NCBI GenBank assembly: GCA_966112955.1
Contig: CBHWEO010000001.1
Location: 35,548-99,547, forward strand
From: an uncultured Duganella sp.
Lineage (GTDB): Bacteria > Pseudomonadota > Gammaproteobacteria > Burkholderiales > Burkholderiaceae_D
Length of the DNA stretch: 64,000 nucleotides
Reading direction: 5' to 3'
Shown here: piece by piece, positions 1 to 13,170 of the stretch
Position numbering within the stretch: position 1 is the first letter of the stretch
How the letters are laid out: every line of letters starts with the position of its first letter
Position numbers and translations under genes: made by a program
The notes under the pieces: model-generated
Seen by the model: only the letters and a program-made list of their open reading frames with translations
Database searches by the model: none
Told to the model about the DNA's origin: nothing

Positions 1-621
1 CTGAAGTCGTGGGAAGCCGGCCTGAAAGCGCGCTTCTGGGACAAGCGCGCGAGCCTGAACCTGGCCGCCTTCAATTACGACTACACCAACCTGCAATTGT
101 CCGGCGTGGCCATCGTGGCGGGCGCGCCGCGCTTCGTCACGCAGAATGCCGGCGCGGCCAGCGTCAAGGGCCTGGAGCTCGACGGCCAGGTGCGCGCCGG
201 CGCCAACGACAGTTTCAGCTACGGCCTGACGCTGCTGGATGCGCATTACGTGAGCTACCGGCCGAACGGCGTCGTGTCGTGGGCCGGCGAACCGCTGGAC
301 CGCGCGCCGCGCACCGTCGCCAGCCTGGGTTGGGACCATGGCTTCCGCCTGCCGGGCGCCCTGCTGTTGGCCGGCATCAATGCGCGCCGCAGCGCGGCCT
401 ATAACATCAGCGTTTCCAGCCAGCTGCTGCAGTACCGCATCCCGGCGCGCACCGCCAGCGATTTCACGCTGTCCTACCGTCCCGACGCCGCCAGCTGGAG
501 CCTGATGGCGCGTGTGAAGAACCTGGAGAACAAGGTACAGCCGATCACGATCGACAGTTTCGGCATGTCGGTGCCGAGCGATCCACGGACTGTCGATATC
601 CGTTTCGACTACCACTTCTGA
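1..621 (+). CDS. TonB-dependent receptor, C-terminal beta-barrel part (5' truncated by window edge)
   Basis: Frame 1 is open from base 1 (LKSWEAGLKARFWDKRASLNLAAFNYDYTNLQ...). It has alternating barrel strands and ends PRTVDIRFDYHF with a terminal Phe. Confidence 0.9.
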   Translation: MKSWEAGLKARFWDKRASLNLAAFNYDYTNLQLSGVAIVAGAPRFVTQNAGAASVKGLELDGQVRAGANDSFSYGLTLLDAHYVSYRPNGVVSWAGEPLDRAPRTVASLGWDHGFRLPGALLLAGINARRSAAYNISVSSQLLQYRIPARTASDFTLSYRPDAASWSLMARVKNLENKVQPITIDSFGMSVPSDPRTVDIRFDYHF

Positions 622-632
622 AGAGGAGGCGT

Positions 633-1433
633 ATGAAGCCGTTGTTGAACCACCTGCCCCGCATCACCCTGGTCCTGCTGGCGGCGTTCCTGGCCGTCCT
701 TGCCGCCCGCAGCTGGAACGAAACGACGACCCTGCTCGTGGTCAGTTCGATCCTGATGTTCGCCTGTTGCCTGGCCAGCGCAACCCACCTGCTGGGGCCG
801 CGCCCCGCCATGCGTTTCATGCTGATCGGCGTGGTCCTGGGCTGGGTGGCGGAAGAACTGGGGGCGACCCGCGGCTGGTTCTTCGGTTCCTACGACTACA
901 CGGACGTGCTGGGCCCGCGCATCGGTGCCGTGCCCTTCATCATCCCGCTGATGTGGTTCGCGCTGTGCTACGTGGCCTACGTGATCGCCAACCTGATCGT
1001 GTGGCAGGCCCCCACCGATGGCGCGCCGCCCCTCAAGCAATCGCTGGTAATGTCCTTCCTGGCGGCGATGATCGTCACCGCCTACGACCTGGGCGCCGAC
1101 CCCTACATGGTCTTCACGCTCAAGGCCTGGATCATGACCAAGACCGACGGCGGGTGGTTCGGCGAAACGCTGCAGGGCTTCGTTGGCTGGATGACCGTTT
1201 CGTTTATCATCATCTACGGCTTCCGCGCAACGCTGCGCCGCAAGCCGCCGGTCGCCAGCAGCGCCGTGACGCCGGTGCATGCGCTGGTGCCGCTGTTCAT
1301 TTACGGCGGCAGCATGGCGTTCCAGGCGGTGGAAGGCAGCCCGATTGAAACCCGCGCCATCGCCCTGTTCGCGATGGGCATCCCGCTCCTGACGGCGCTG
1401 TGCGGCTGGACGCGCTGGAAGGAAGCCGCATGA
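633..1433 (+). CDS. Carotenoid-biosynthesis (CruF/DUF422-like) integral membrane protein
   Basis: Multi-TM 266 aa with family motifs EELG..TG.FFG.Y.Y, P..IPLMW, AYDL..DP and P..GFVGW-like. RBS GAGGAGG lies upstream. Confidence 0.75.
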   Translation: MKPLLNHLPRITLVLLAAFLAVLAARSWNETTTLLVVSSILMFACCLASATHLLGPRPAMRFMLIGVVLGWVAEELGATRGWFFGSYDYTDVLGPRIGAVPFIIPLMWFALCYVAYVIANLIVWQAPTDGAPPLKQSLVMSFLAAMIVTAYDLGADPYMVFTLKAWIMTKTDGGWFGETLQGFVGWMTVSFIIIYGFRATLRRKPPVASSAVTPVHALVPLFIYGGSMAFQAVEGSPIETRAIALFAMGIPLLTALCGWTRWKEAA

Positions 1434-2793
1434 ACGCCGCCATCCCTGCCGCCGCGGCGCCCACCCTGCGCGCCGATCCACTGGCGGACGACACCGTTTC
1501 CGCCATCCTGGCCGGCCACGACGGCAGCCAGTGGGAAGCCATCGCCATCGTCAACCGCCTGCTGGCCCAATGGCAGACCAATGCCATCGTGTCCGCCTGG
1601 CGAGCGCCGGAAGGGACGCCCGCGCAGATTGCCGCCGCGCTGGAAGCCTACCTGGCCGCCGGCAGCAGGCTCCCCGCGTGGGCCGACGCCAGCCGGATCG
1701 CCCGCGCCGAAGAACTGTTCTTCGACATGAGCATGCTGTCCTGCAGCCTGCTGTTCTGCGCCAGCCTGCCCGAGTGCTACGTGGTGCCCGACCTGGCCGG
1801 CGTGCTGCACGTTGCCGGCCAGCTGGAAGCGCATTGCGATTACCGCGTGCGTTCGACGGCGGCCATGATCTTCCCGGTGATGATGCGCGGCGGCCTGGCC
1901 GACCCGGAAGGTGGCGGCATCGCGCAGATCCTCAAGGTACGCCTGATCCATGCCACGATCCGCCACCTGATCCTGCGCGGCAATCCTGCCGATGCCGTGG
2001 CGGCCGGCTGCCTGCCGGTGGCGCCGCTGGACGGCCCATGCCGCAACGTTTACGACACCCTGTTCAACAATGGCTGGAACGTGGCCGCCCACGGCCTGCC
2101 CTGCAACCAGGAGGAACTGGCCTATACCCTGCTCACCTTCCACTACATCTTCCTGCGCGGCCTGCGCCAACTGGGCCTCGGCCTGGCGCAGCAGGACGAA
2201 GAAGCCTACCTGCACACCTGGAACGTGGTCGGCCACGTACTGGGCATCGAGGAAGGCCAGATGTCGCACGGCATGGCGCAGGCCGAAGCCAGTTTCAACG
2301 CCATCCAGGCCCGCGCGCGCCTGTCGCCCTACCTGCCGGACCCGCGCCCTGCCCTGGGAGCGGCGCTCATGAAAGCCATGCAGGACGAAATCCCGCTGCG
2401 CATCCTGAAGCCGTTCCCGGTCCTGCTCACGCGCTACCTGTGCGGCGACGCTGCCCGCGTCGACCTGGCGCTGGACCAGCGCGTCAACCTGCTGTCGCGC
2501 ATCCTGTTCGCCGCAGGCATGGGCCTGGCGCGCGCCATCGACGCGCTGGTGCGCCTGGCCTTGCCCGGTTTCTCAATCTGCCGCATGATCACACGCATCT
2601 TCGGCTACCAGATCACTGTCAAATTCCTGATGGACCAGACCCGCCCACTGAAACTCCCGCCCACCCTGTTGAACCAGGTCGACGCCACCGTGCGCGGCTG
2701 GGGCGACGATCCCAAGGCGCCGCGCTGGCTGAACACCCTGGAAGCGCGCCTGGCCGGCCGCCGCGCAGGCAAGGCCGCAGGGAGCCGCCAGCC

Positions 2794-2800
<7 letters not shown>
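1430..2800 (+). CDS. MpaB/Lcp (DUF2236) family heme oxygenase-domain protein
   Basis: Motifs LPAWAD...I.RA..LF, RVRST, KVRLIHATIRH, P.NQEELAYTLLTF and W..VGH.LG. The ATG at 1430 overlaps the upstream stop (ATGA). Confidence 0.8.
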
Positions 2801-6263
<3,463 letters not shown>

Positions 6264-6267
<4 letters not shown>

Positions 6268-7169
6268 ACCAGGAAACGCAGAAAGTCCTGATCGCGGATG
6301 ACGACGGCATCAACCGCCAGGTCCTCGCGACCCTGCTGAAGCCGGAATACGTGGTGCTGCTGGCGAAATCCGGCGAGCAGACCATCGAGCGCGCCCAGCG
6401 CCATTTGCCGGACCTGGTCATGCTCGACGTGATGCTGCCGGACATGGACGGCTACGAAGTGCTGCGCCGCCTGCGCGCCGATCCCGCCACCGCCCACATC
6501 GAGGTGATCTTCATTACCGGCATGGGCCGCCCCGAGGACGAAGCCAAAGGCCTCATGCTGGGCGCGGCCGACTACATCACCAAACCCTTCAACTCCACGG
6601 TCGTGATGGCGCGCGTGGCCACCCACCTGCAAATGGTGCGCCAGCGCCGCATGCTGGAACACCTGGCGCACATGGACGGCCTGACCGAGCTGGCCAACCG
6701 CCGCCGCTTCGACGAGATCTACGCCAATGAATGGCAGCGCGCCGCGCGCCACACCCATCCCCTGTCGGTGGCGCTGCTGGACATCGACTGCTTCAAGCAG
6801 TACAACGACCACTATGGCCACCCGGCCGGCGACCGGGCCTTGCGTGCCGTGGCCCGTGCGGCCCGCAACGCCATGCGCCGCCCCTGCGACGTGGCGGCCC
6901 GCTACGGCGGCGAGGAGATCGTGATGCTGATGCCGGAGACGGACGCGGCGCAAGGCTTGTACGTCGCTGAAAGCATCCGCGAGGCGGTTGCGCAACTGCT
7001 GATCCCGCATGAAAAATCATACGCTTCGCCGGTGCTGACCGTCAGCATAGGCGGCGCCACCCTGCCGCTGGACGTGCAAGAATCGGCACCGGCGCTGTTC
7101 GATGCCGCCGACGCCGCGCTGTACCGCGCCAAGCAGGCCGGCCGCAACCGGGTGAACTGGAGGATGTGA
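6264..7169 (+). CDS. Response-regulator diguanylate cyclase (REC-GGDEF)
   Basis: REC LVMLDVMLPDMDG, DGLTELANRR, I-site RPCD and active-site RYGGEEI. Confidence 0.93.
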
Positions 7170-7447
7170 TGGACAAACGCTTGCTGATCGAGGGCCTGGT
7201 GCAAGGCGTCGGCTACCGCTACGCCTTCGCGGAACGGGCGACCGCGCTGGGCCTGGCCGGCTGGGTCCGCAACCGCCTGAGCGGTGCGGTGGAAGCCAGC
7301 GTGCATGGGCCCGCCGATGCGATCGGCGAGATGATCGCCTGGGCCCAGCGGGGCCCGAGTGCCGCCCACGTCAGCAGCGTGCAGGTGTCCGCCGACCAGG
7401 AGCCCGCGCCGCAGGACGGCGGGTTCGAAATCCGCCCCACGGCGTGA
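7169..7447 (+). CDS. acyP: Acylphosphatase
   Basis: GLVQGVGYR and GWVRN signatures; TGATG overlap with the upstream gene. Confidence 0.9.
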   Translation: MDKRLLIEGLVQGVGYRYAFAERATALGLAGWVRNRLSGAVEASVHGPADAIGEMIAWAQRGPSAAHVSSVQVSADQEPAPQDGGFEIRPTA

Positions 7448-7459
7448 CCGCCCCGCACC

Positions 7460-9937
7460 TCACGCAGCCAGGATCCTCAGCAGCAGCCAGACCGGCAGGA
7501 CGACATAGAGCATGACGTGGCCGAGCCGCTCCAGTCCGAAGCGGATGCCGGCCGCCTCGCGCGGACGCAGCACAATCGCCAGCAGCGAGCCCGATTCGAT
7601 CCCCGCCCGTAGCACGGTGGCGCCCAGCACCACGCCGATGGTCCACGCGGCCCACCAGAGGGCGAAGGCACTGAGGTAGGCCAGCGCGCCATAACTGTAG
7701 TATTCACCGAGGGCGCTGCCGTAGGCGATGTGCTGGTGCAGGTGGAAGGCCGGCATCGCCAGGCCCAGCGGCAGCAGCACGAATTTCACGAGCGGATGAT
7801 CGAGCCGGCCACCGCTGGCGCGTCCCGCCAGCGCAGCCAGCGACTGCAGCCATCCAGCGGCCGCCGGCCGGCCCGTTCCAGCCGCCCCCGGCACGGGTTG
7901 TCCCGGCGCCTCGAGCGCCGCCCCTGGGCCCGCCGCGAGCGCCGCGGCAAACGCCGCAGGGTCCGCCATGGCGAGTCCGTACCTCCACGGCGTGCCGGAC
8001 GCAAGGCGAAGCGCGAGCCCACGCCCCGGCGCCGGCACCCGCCACACCTCGACCGCCCCGATGTCGGCCAGCGCCAATTCCATCCTTTGCGCGCCCCGCG
8101 CCAGCACCAGTTTGCCGTCGCCGAGCGAGGCGCGCGCGGAAAACGCCATCATCACGCACCAGGCGACGGCCTCGGGCGCCAGGAATACCAGCCCGAACCA
8201 ACGCAACTGCGCCAGCGTGTTGGCGCGCAAGCCTTCATTCATCAGCAAGGCGAGGCACATGCCCAGCAATCCCACGCGCGCCAGCGCGCGCAAGCTCCCG
8301 GCAGCAAGACGCGCCAGCGACGGCAACACCGCCACGCGCACAGGGAACACCAGCGGTCGGCTAACATGGGCCGCCAGATCGCCAACGCCCGCTGGCCGGC
8401 GCCGTGCAAGCGCCAAAGTCCCGAGCAGCACCAGCAGCACGCAAGCCGCCGCCCCAACCCAGTCGCCCCACCGCACCATCAGTGTCGGCGCGGGTGTCCG
8501 CACGGGAAGGTCCGCGATCACCAGAGACGGCTCGCCCACCGGTGTACCCGCCAGCACGTCCCCGGCGGCATCGATGGCGGCGCTATAACCATTGGTCGTG
8601 ACGCGGAACTGCGGCAGGCGTGTCTCAATGCTGCGGAAGGCGGCGGCAGCCAGGTGCAGCCGCGCCCCCGGCCCGTCCCCACTGAACCACGAGTCGTTCG
8701 ACATGGTGAGGATGACCTGGGCGCCCAGCCTTGCCCCGGCAATGGCCAGCGCCGGGTCCACGTCATCACGGCAAATCAGCGGCAGCACCGGAATCTCGCG
8801 CCCATCCGCCAGCCGCAGCGGCAACACCCGCGCGCCATTGCCGGGCACCCACTGGCCCGCCCACGGCAGCCAGCGCCGCACGGCCGGCGCGTCCAGCCAT
8901 GCCGGCAGGTATTCCGTGAAGAGGAACAGCCGCGTCTTATGGTAGTAGCCGTCCAGGCCCGCACCGGGCCGCACGAAGGCTGCCGCGTTGTACTCGCCGG
9001 TACCATCGCGGTCGTAGGTGCCAAAAACCAGCGGCACGCCGGCAGCGTTCACGTAGTCGAGGATTTCGCGGTCGAAGGCCGCCCCCGCCTCGCTCTTCGG
9101 CTTGCCGAACGTGGTGGGATAGACGGTTTCGGACCACAGCAGCGCTTCGGCACGCTGGCGCGTCACGGCGTCGTAGCTCATGGCGAAGTGCCGGTCCAGC
9201 ACCAGGCGCACGACGGCATACGCGCCCTGCTCCCGCCGCAGCTTGTCGTAGTCGGTGAAATTGGCCTGCACCAGCCCCATCCGAAGCGGTTTGCCCGCCG
9301 GCGCCGGGGTGCCCGACAATGCCGCGGCGCCATAAGCGGCCAACAACGCCGGGACCAGCGCCGCCAGCCCCAATGGCAGCGCACAGGCCCGCCATCCGCT
9401 GCCGCGCCGCGTCACGGCGGCAGCCACGCCTTCGTTGGCCAGCAACAGCAAGAGCGTCAGGCCGGCCGTGCCACCAAGGTCCGCCGCCTGCCGCAGCAGG
9501 CGCGCGGGATAAAGTCCATAGCCCAGCGTGTCGCCCAGCACGCGCGGCAGCAGCCATTCCGCCGCGAGCCAGGCCGCGGCGGCGGCCACGGCACGCAGCC
9601 CCGTGCCGTACCAGCGCCCGGCTAGCTGGCGCACCAGCGCGTAGGCAAGGAACTGCGGCTGGAACAGCGGCGCCGCCAGCAACAGCAGGGCTAAGCCGGC
9701 TGCCTCGCCCAGTTGCGTGTAGCGGCCAAGCGCCGCGCCGAACCAGGCGAAACCGGCCGCCGTGTAAGCCACCGACATGGCCCACCCGCACAGCAAGGCG
9801 ACGCCGGCCGACCTGCGCGTTTCAAGCGCCAGCAGCCATGGCACCAGCAGGACAAAACCCAACATCCAGCCCAGGCCTCCGCGCGCGTACAGGGCCGTCA
9901 TGAGGGCGCTCGCAAACACAAAGGCAAGTAGTTTCAT
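7460..9937 (-). CDS. lnt: Apolipoprotein N-acyltransferase paralogue with a ~310-aa C-terminal membrane extension
   Basis: N-terminal TM bundle and nitrilase triad WSETVYP / YHKTRL / LICRDD, followed by LTMSNDSWF and RSIETRLPQFRVTTNGYS. Confidence 0.85.
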   Translation of the reverse strand: MKLLAFVFASALMTALYARGGLGWMLGFVLLVPWLLALETRRSAGVALLCGWAMSVAYTAAGFAWFGAALGRYTQLGEAAGLALLLLAAPLFQPQFLAYALVRQLAGRWYGTGLRAVAAAAAWLAAEWLLPRVLGDTLGYGLYPARLLRQAADLGGTAGLTLLLLLANEGVAAAVTRRGSGWRACALPLGLAALVPALLAAYGAAALSGTPAPAGKPLRMGLVQANFTDYDKLRREQGAYAVVRLVLDRHFAMSYDAVTRQRAEALLWSETVYPTTFGKPKSEAGAAFDREILDYVNAAGVPLVFGTYDRDGTGEYNAAAFVRPGAGLDGYYHKTRLFLFTEYLPAWLDAPAVRRWLPWAGQWVPGNGARVLPLRLADGREIPVLPLICRDDVDPALAIAGARLGAQVILTMSNDSWFSGDGPGARLHLAAAAFRSIETRLPQFRVTTNGYSAAIDAAGDVLAGTPVGEPSLVIADLPVRTPAPTLMVRWGDWVGAAACVLLVLLGTLALARRRPAGVGDLAAHVSRPLVFPVRVAVLPSLARLAAGSLRALARVGLLGMCLALLMNEGLRANTLAQLRWFGLVFLAPEAVAWCVMMAFSARASLGDGKLVLARGAQRMELALADIGAVEVWRVPAPGRGLALRLASGTPWRYGLAMADPAAFAAALAAGPGAALEAPGQPVPGAAGTGRPAAAGWLQSLAALAGRASGGRLDHPLVKFVLLPLGLAMPAFHLHQHIAYGSALGEYYSYGALAYLSAFALWWAAWTIGVVLGATVLRAGIESGSLLAIVLRPREAAGIRFGLERLGHVMLYVVLPVWLLLRILAA

Positions 9938-10560
9938 CGTCCGGAGGTCTCAAGCGGAGGTGGAATCACGATGCGCCGCGGCGGCAGGCCGGGCGGCGCC
10001 AGTTCGGGCGGCACCACGCGGTCGCGCGGCATTTCGAGCGGGCGATGGGCCGCGTCGTACAACTGGAAGCCGGGTGCAAACATCAGGATCGGTTCGATGG
10101 GCTGGCCATCGTCCGTGAACTGGTGGTGCCGCACATAACCTGGCGGCAGCTGGAAGTCCCTGGGCACCGCCAGGCCTACCAGGGGCGGGTTGGTGCCGGG
10201 CGGGTTGAATGCACCCAGGCCGGTATGCACGCCCTGCTCGTGCAGGCGTTTGATCACTTCGTTCATGGTCGGCTTCTCGCCGCGCATGACGTAGCTGCGC
10301 AAATCGCGCGTCGGGTCGGCGTCGCCCTCGGGTGCAGTCTGTGGCGTGGGGCGCGCTTCGTGGCGGGACGCAGCCGGCGCGGCCGGCGCGCTGGGCGCCG
10401 CCAGGACGGCCGGCGCCGTTCGTCCGCCAGCCGGAACTCCGCCTGCGGCACTGTCATCGGCCCGCACGAAGTACCACAGGAAAAACGCAAAGCTGGCCGC
10501 GCCGACGGCCAGCAGCAGCGCCGCCACCAGGTAACCCGGTCTTGGCCGCCAATGGTTCAC
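9934..10560 (-). CDS. Hypothetical protein: N-terminal membrane anchor, Ala/Pro linker, globular C-terminal region
   Basis: 4-bp overlaps with both neighbours; hydrophobic LVAALLLAVGAASFAFFLWYFV; C-terminal LPPGYVRHHQFTDDGQPIEPILMF. Confidence 0.75.
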   Translation of the reverse strand: MNHWRPRPGYLVAALLLAVGAASFAFFLWYFVRADDSAAGGVPAGGRTAPAVLAAPSAPAAPAASRHEARPTPQTAPEGDADPTRDLRSYVMRGEKPTMNEVIKRLHEQGVHTGLGAFNPPGTNPPLVGLAVPRDFQLPPGYVRHHQFTDDGQPIEPILMFAPGFQLYDAAHRPLEMPRDRVVPPELAPPGLPPRRIVIPPPLETSGR

Positions 10561-11636
10561 GGCGTCGGCGAATTGAAGACCGAGACCGCCCAGCCCATGC
10601 GCTCATGCCCCAACTGGTTCCATATCGGGTTCTTGCCGCCCGAGAAGGAGGTGTAGCGCGCCGCGCCGGTACCGGTAGTCCCACCGAACAGGCCCGCCGT
10701 GACGGTGCCGCCGGTGTAGGTCGGGTGCGTATCGTCGGACTGGATGTAGTCATAGCTGCTGCCGGCCGACACGAAGTGCGTGTTGGCGTCGCGGATCGTG
10801 GAACGCAGGGTCGAAGTAATCCGCGTCACGTAGCTGGCCTGGCTCTCGCCGTCCACGTAGCGCAAGCCGTCGGAGTCGATGATCCCGTCGCCATTGCTGT
10901 CGTAGTCCGCCGCCATGTACTGGGCGAAGTTGTCCGCGCACTTGAAGCCCTTCTGCCGCGCCACGTCGCACATCATGTGGTTCATGCGCGCCAGCGCGGG
11001 CAGGAACTTCTGCTGCATGTTCACCGTGGCACCTGTGCCGGGGTCCTTGCAGCTGCTCTGCACATTGTCCGCCGCATAGCCGGGATAATGCAGGTTCGAA
11101 ATCACCTTCACCTTCACGCCCGGGTAGGCGTTGGCGTTGATGTAGTCCATCGCCGCCGTGACATAGGTCCGGCAGCTGTTCTCGGCCGCGGTCAGCACCG
11201 AGTCGTCGCAGGTGCCGGTCTGGCTCTTGAAGGCCGAACGGGCCTGCAGCCCGTCGTTGCCGCACATCTCGAAGGTCACGACGCGAGTGTTGCTCGCCTG
11301 CATGTAAGATCGCTCCGCGACAATTTTGTTGTTGTACACATCGGATGCCACCGCGCCCGATTTGGCGCGCCGCACGCTTTCGATGTCCGCATTCCACAGC
11401 GCCGACAGGTATTCCGCGTCCACGGTCGGCGCGGAATACTTGGCCGCGCTGGTGACGGAACCGTTGTAGCCGGCGTAAATCGAATCGCCATACGCCACCA
11501 CGCGGTACTTGGTGCTGGTACCGGCGCGGTCGATGGTCCAGGAAACGTTTTGGGTCAGGGTATTTGCCGCTGCCTCTCCGCCGAAGGCGACGAAGCTGAT
11601 TGCGGCCAGAAGCATGCTGCGGAAGCGTGGGTGCAT
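10557..11636 (-). CDS. Secreted SGNH/GDSL hydrolase
   Basis: Sec signal ending AAA, block I YGDSI, block III CGNDG and block V DDTHP. Confidence 0.85.
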   Translation of the reverse strand: MHPRFRSMLLAAISFVAFGGEAAANTLTQNVSWTIDRAGTSTKYRVVAYGDSIYAGYNGSVTSAAKYSAPTVDAEYLSALWNADIESVRRAKSGAVASDVYNNKIVAERSYMQASNTRVVTFEMCGNDGLQARSAFKSQTGTCDDSVLTAAENSCRTYVTAAMDYINANAYPGVKVKVISNLHYPGYAADNVQSSCKDPGTGATVNMQQKFLPALARMNHMMCDVARQKGFKCADNFAQYMAADYDSNGDGIIDSDGLRYVDGESQASYVTRITSTLRSTIRDANTHFVSAGSSYDYIQSDDTHPTYTGGTVTAGLFGGTTGTGAARYTSFSGGKNPIWNQLGHERMGWAVSVFNSPTP

Positions 11637-11807
11637 GGAGTGTCTCCGATCATTGAAGTGTTATTCGAAACGACCAGCCAACGATTCATCTTAACGCCGC
11701 CGTGCGCGGCCGCTACCGCGTGGCTCGCAAAGCCAATCAAATGGCCGCTTCGGTCCGCGCCGTGTCGCGTGGCCGCCACGGAACGGGACGGTGCGGCATA
11801 ATATGGC

Positions 11808-12779
11808 ATGCTGAAACTCACCTTCCTTGGAACCTCATCCGGCGTACCCACCATTCGCCGCAACGTCACCGCGCTGGCCGTGCACTCGACCATGGGGCGC
11901 GACTGGTGGCTGGTCGACTGCGGCGAAGCCACCCAGCACCAGCTGCAGCGCGTGCCGCTCACCGTGCATGACCTGGCGGGCATCTGCATTACCCACATCC
12001 ACGGCGACCACAGTTACGGCTTGCCAGGATTGCTGGCCAGCGCCGCCATGACCGGCCGCAAGAAACCATTGCTGCTGATCGCCCCGGCCGGCGTCAAGGC
12101 CTGGCTGGACGCGACCATGCTGCACACCGAGCTTTTCCTCACGTTCGACATCATCCACATCGACGTCGCCAGCCGGCAGCAAGTCTTCCAAGAAGATGGC
12201 CTGGCGATCGAACGCTTCCCGCTCTCGCACCGGGTGCCCAGCTTCGCGTTCAGGTTCAGTTTCGAAAAGTCGGCGTGGAAGGTCGACCGCGAAGCCCTGC
12301 TGGCGCGCGGCGTGCCGCCCGGCCCGGCCTGGGGCTTGCTCCAGCATGGCAAGGACGTGGTGCTGGACGACGGCTCACTGCTGTCCGCCGCCGACTTCCG
12401 CAGCGAGCAGACGGAGCGCGCGGTGGCCGTCATTGGCGGCGACAACGACAACCCGGCGCTGCTGGCGCAAGCCTGCGCGGGCGCGGACGTGCTGGTGCAC
12501 GAGGCCACCTATACGGAGGCGGTGCTGCAAAAAGTCGGCCCCGGTCCGCAGCACAGCTCCGCGCAGCGCACGGCCTCGTTCGCGGCCGCGGCGGGCGTGC
12601 CAAACCTGGTGCTCACCCATTTCAGCCCGCGCTACGACAACCCGGAGGGCATGGCCGAAGTGGATGCCGAGGCACGCCGCCACTACCACGGCCAGCTCCA
12701 CCTGGCCCGCGATTTCGATTCTTATGAACTCAGCCACGGCCTGCTGGCGCAGCTGCCGCCGGCCCGCCGTGTAAAATGA
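11808..12779 (+). CDS. rnz: Ribonuclease Z family metallo-beta-lactamase-fold protein
   Basis: LTFLGTSSGVP, VDCGEATQ, THIHGDH, HEATY and LTHFSPRY. Confidence 0.88.
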   Translation: MLKLTFLGTSSGVPTIRRNVTALAVHSTMGRDWWLVDCGEATQHQLQRVPLTVHDLAGICITHIHGDHSYGLPGLLASAAMTGRKKPLLLIAPAGVKAWLDATMLHTELFLTFDIIHIDVASRQQVFQEDGLAIERFPLSHRVPSFAFRFSFEKSAWKVDREALLARGVPPGPAWGLLQHGKDVVLDDGSLLSAADFRSEQTERAVAVIGGDNDNPALLAQACAGADVLVHEATYTEAVLQKVGPGPQHSSAQRTASFAAAAGVPNLVLTHFSPRYDNPEGMAEVDAEARRHYHGQLHLARDFDSYELSHGLLAQLPPARRVK

Positions 12780-12783
12780 CGCC

Positions 12784-13155
12784 ATGCCTGCCATTACCGA
12801 ATTCCGTACCCAGTCCCCTGCTCCCGAATACGACCACCCGCGCGCAGACCGCCGGCTCGTGGGCAATCCGAAGCGCACCACCTGGAGCCACTTCACCAAC
12901 GCCAGCGGCGAAGTGCATGCCGGCGTCTGGGCCTGCGAGCGGGGCAGCTGGCGCATCGCCTTCGCCCCAAACAAGGATGAATACTTCTGTGTCCTCGAGG
13001 GCCGCTGCCGCGTGATCGACGAGCAGGGTCACGCCGCCGAAGCCGGTCCCGGCGACGCGCTCGTGATCCCGGGCGGCTTCAAGGGCGTGTTCGAAGTGGT
13101 CGAGCCGGTTCGCAAGCACTACGTGATCGTCGAACGCGACCTCGGCAGGCGCTGA
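12784..13155 (+). CDS. Cupin (DUF861/EutQ-like) protein
   Basis: AGVWAC..G.W, DEYFCVLEG and PGDALVIP.GFKG.FEV. Confidence 0.85.
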   Translation: MPAITEFRTQSPAPEYDHPRADRRLVGNPKRTTWSHFTNASGEVHAGVWACERGSWRIAFAPNKDEYFCVLEGRCRVIDEQGHAAEAGPGDALVIPGGFKGVFEVVEPVRKHYVIVERDLGRR

Positions 13156-13170
13156 GCGCCTGCCCGGATT

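Noticed and set aside
1531-2793. N-terminal 420 aa of the 1578-aa ORF 1531..6267
   Set aside because: Arg/Pro/Gly-rich shadow frame over the oxygenase gene; the real kinase starts at ATG 2794 with a signal-like N-terminus.
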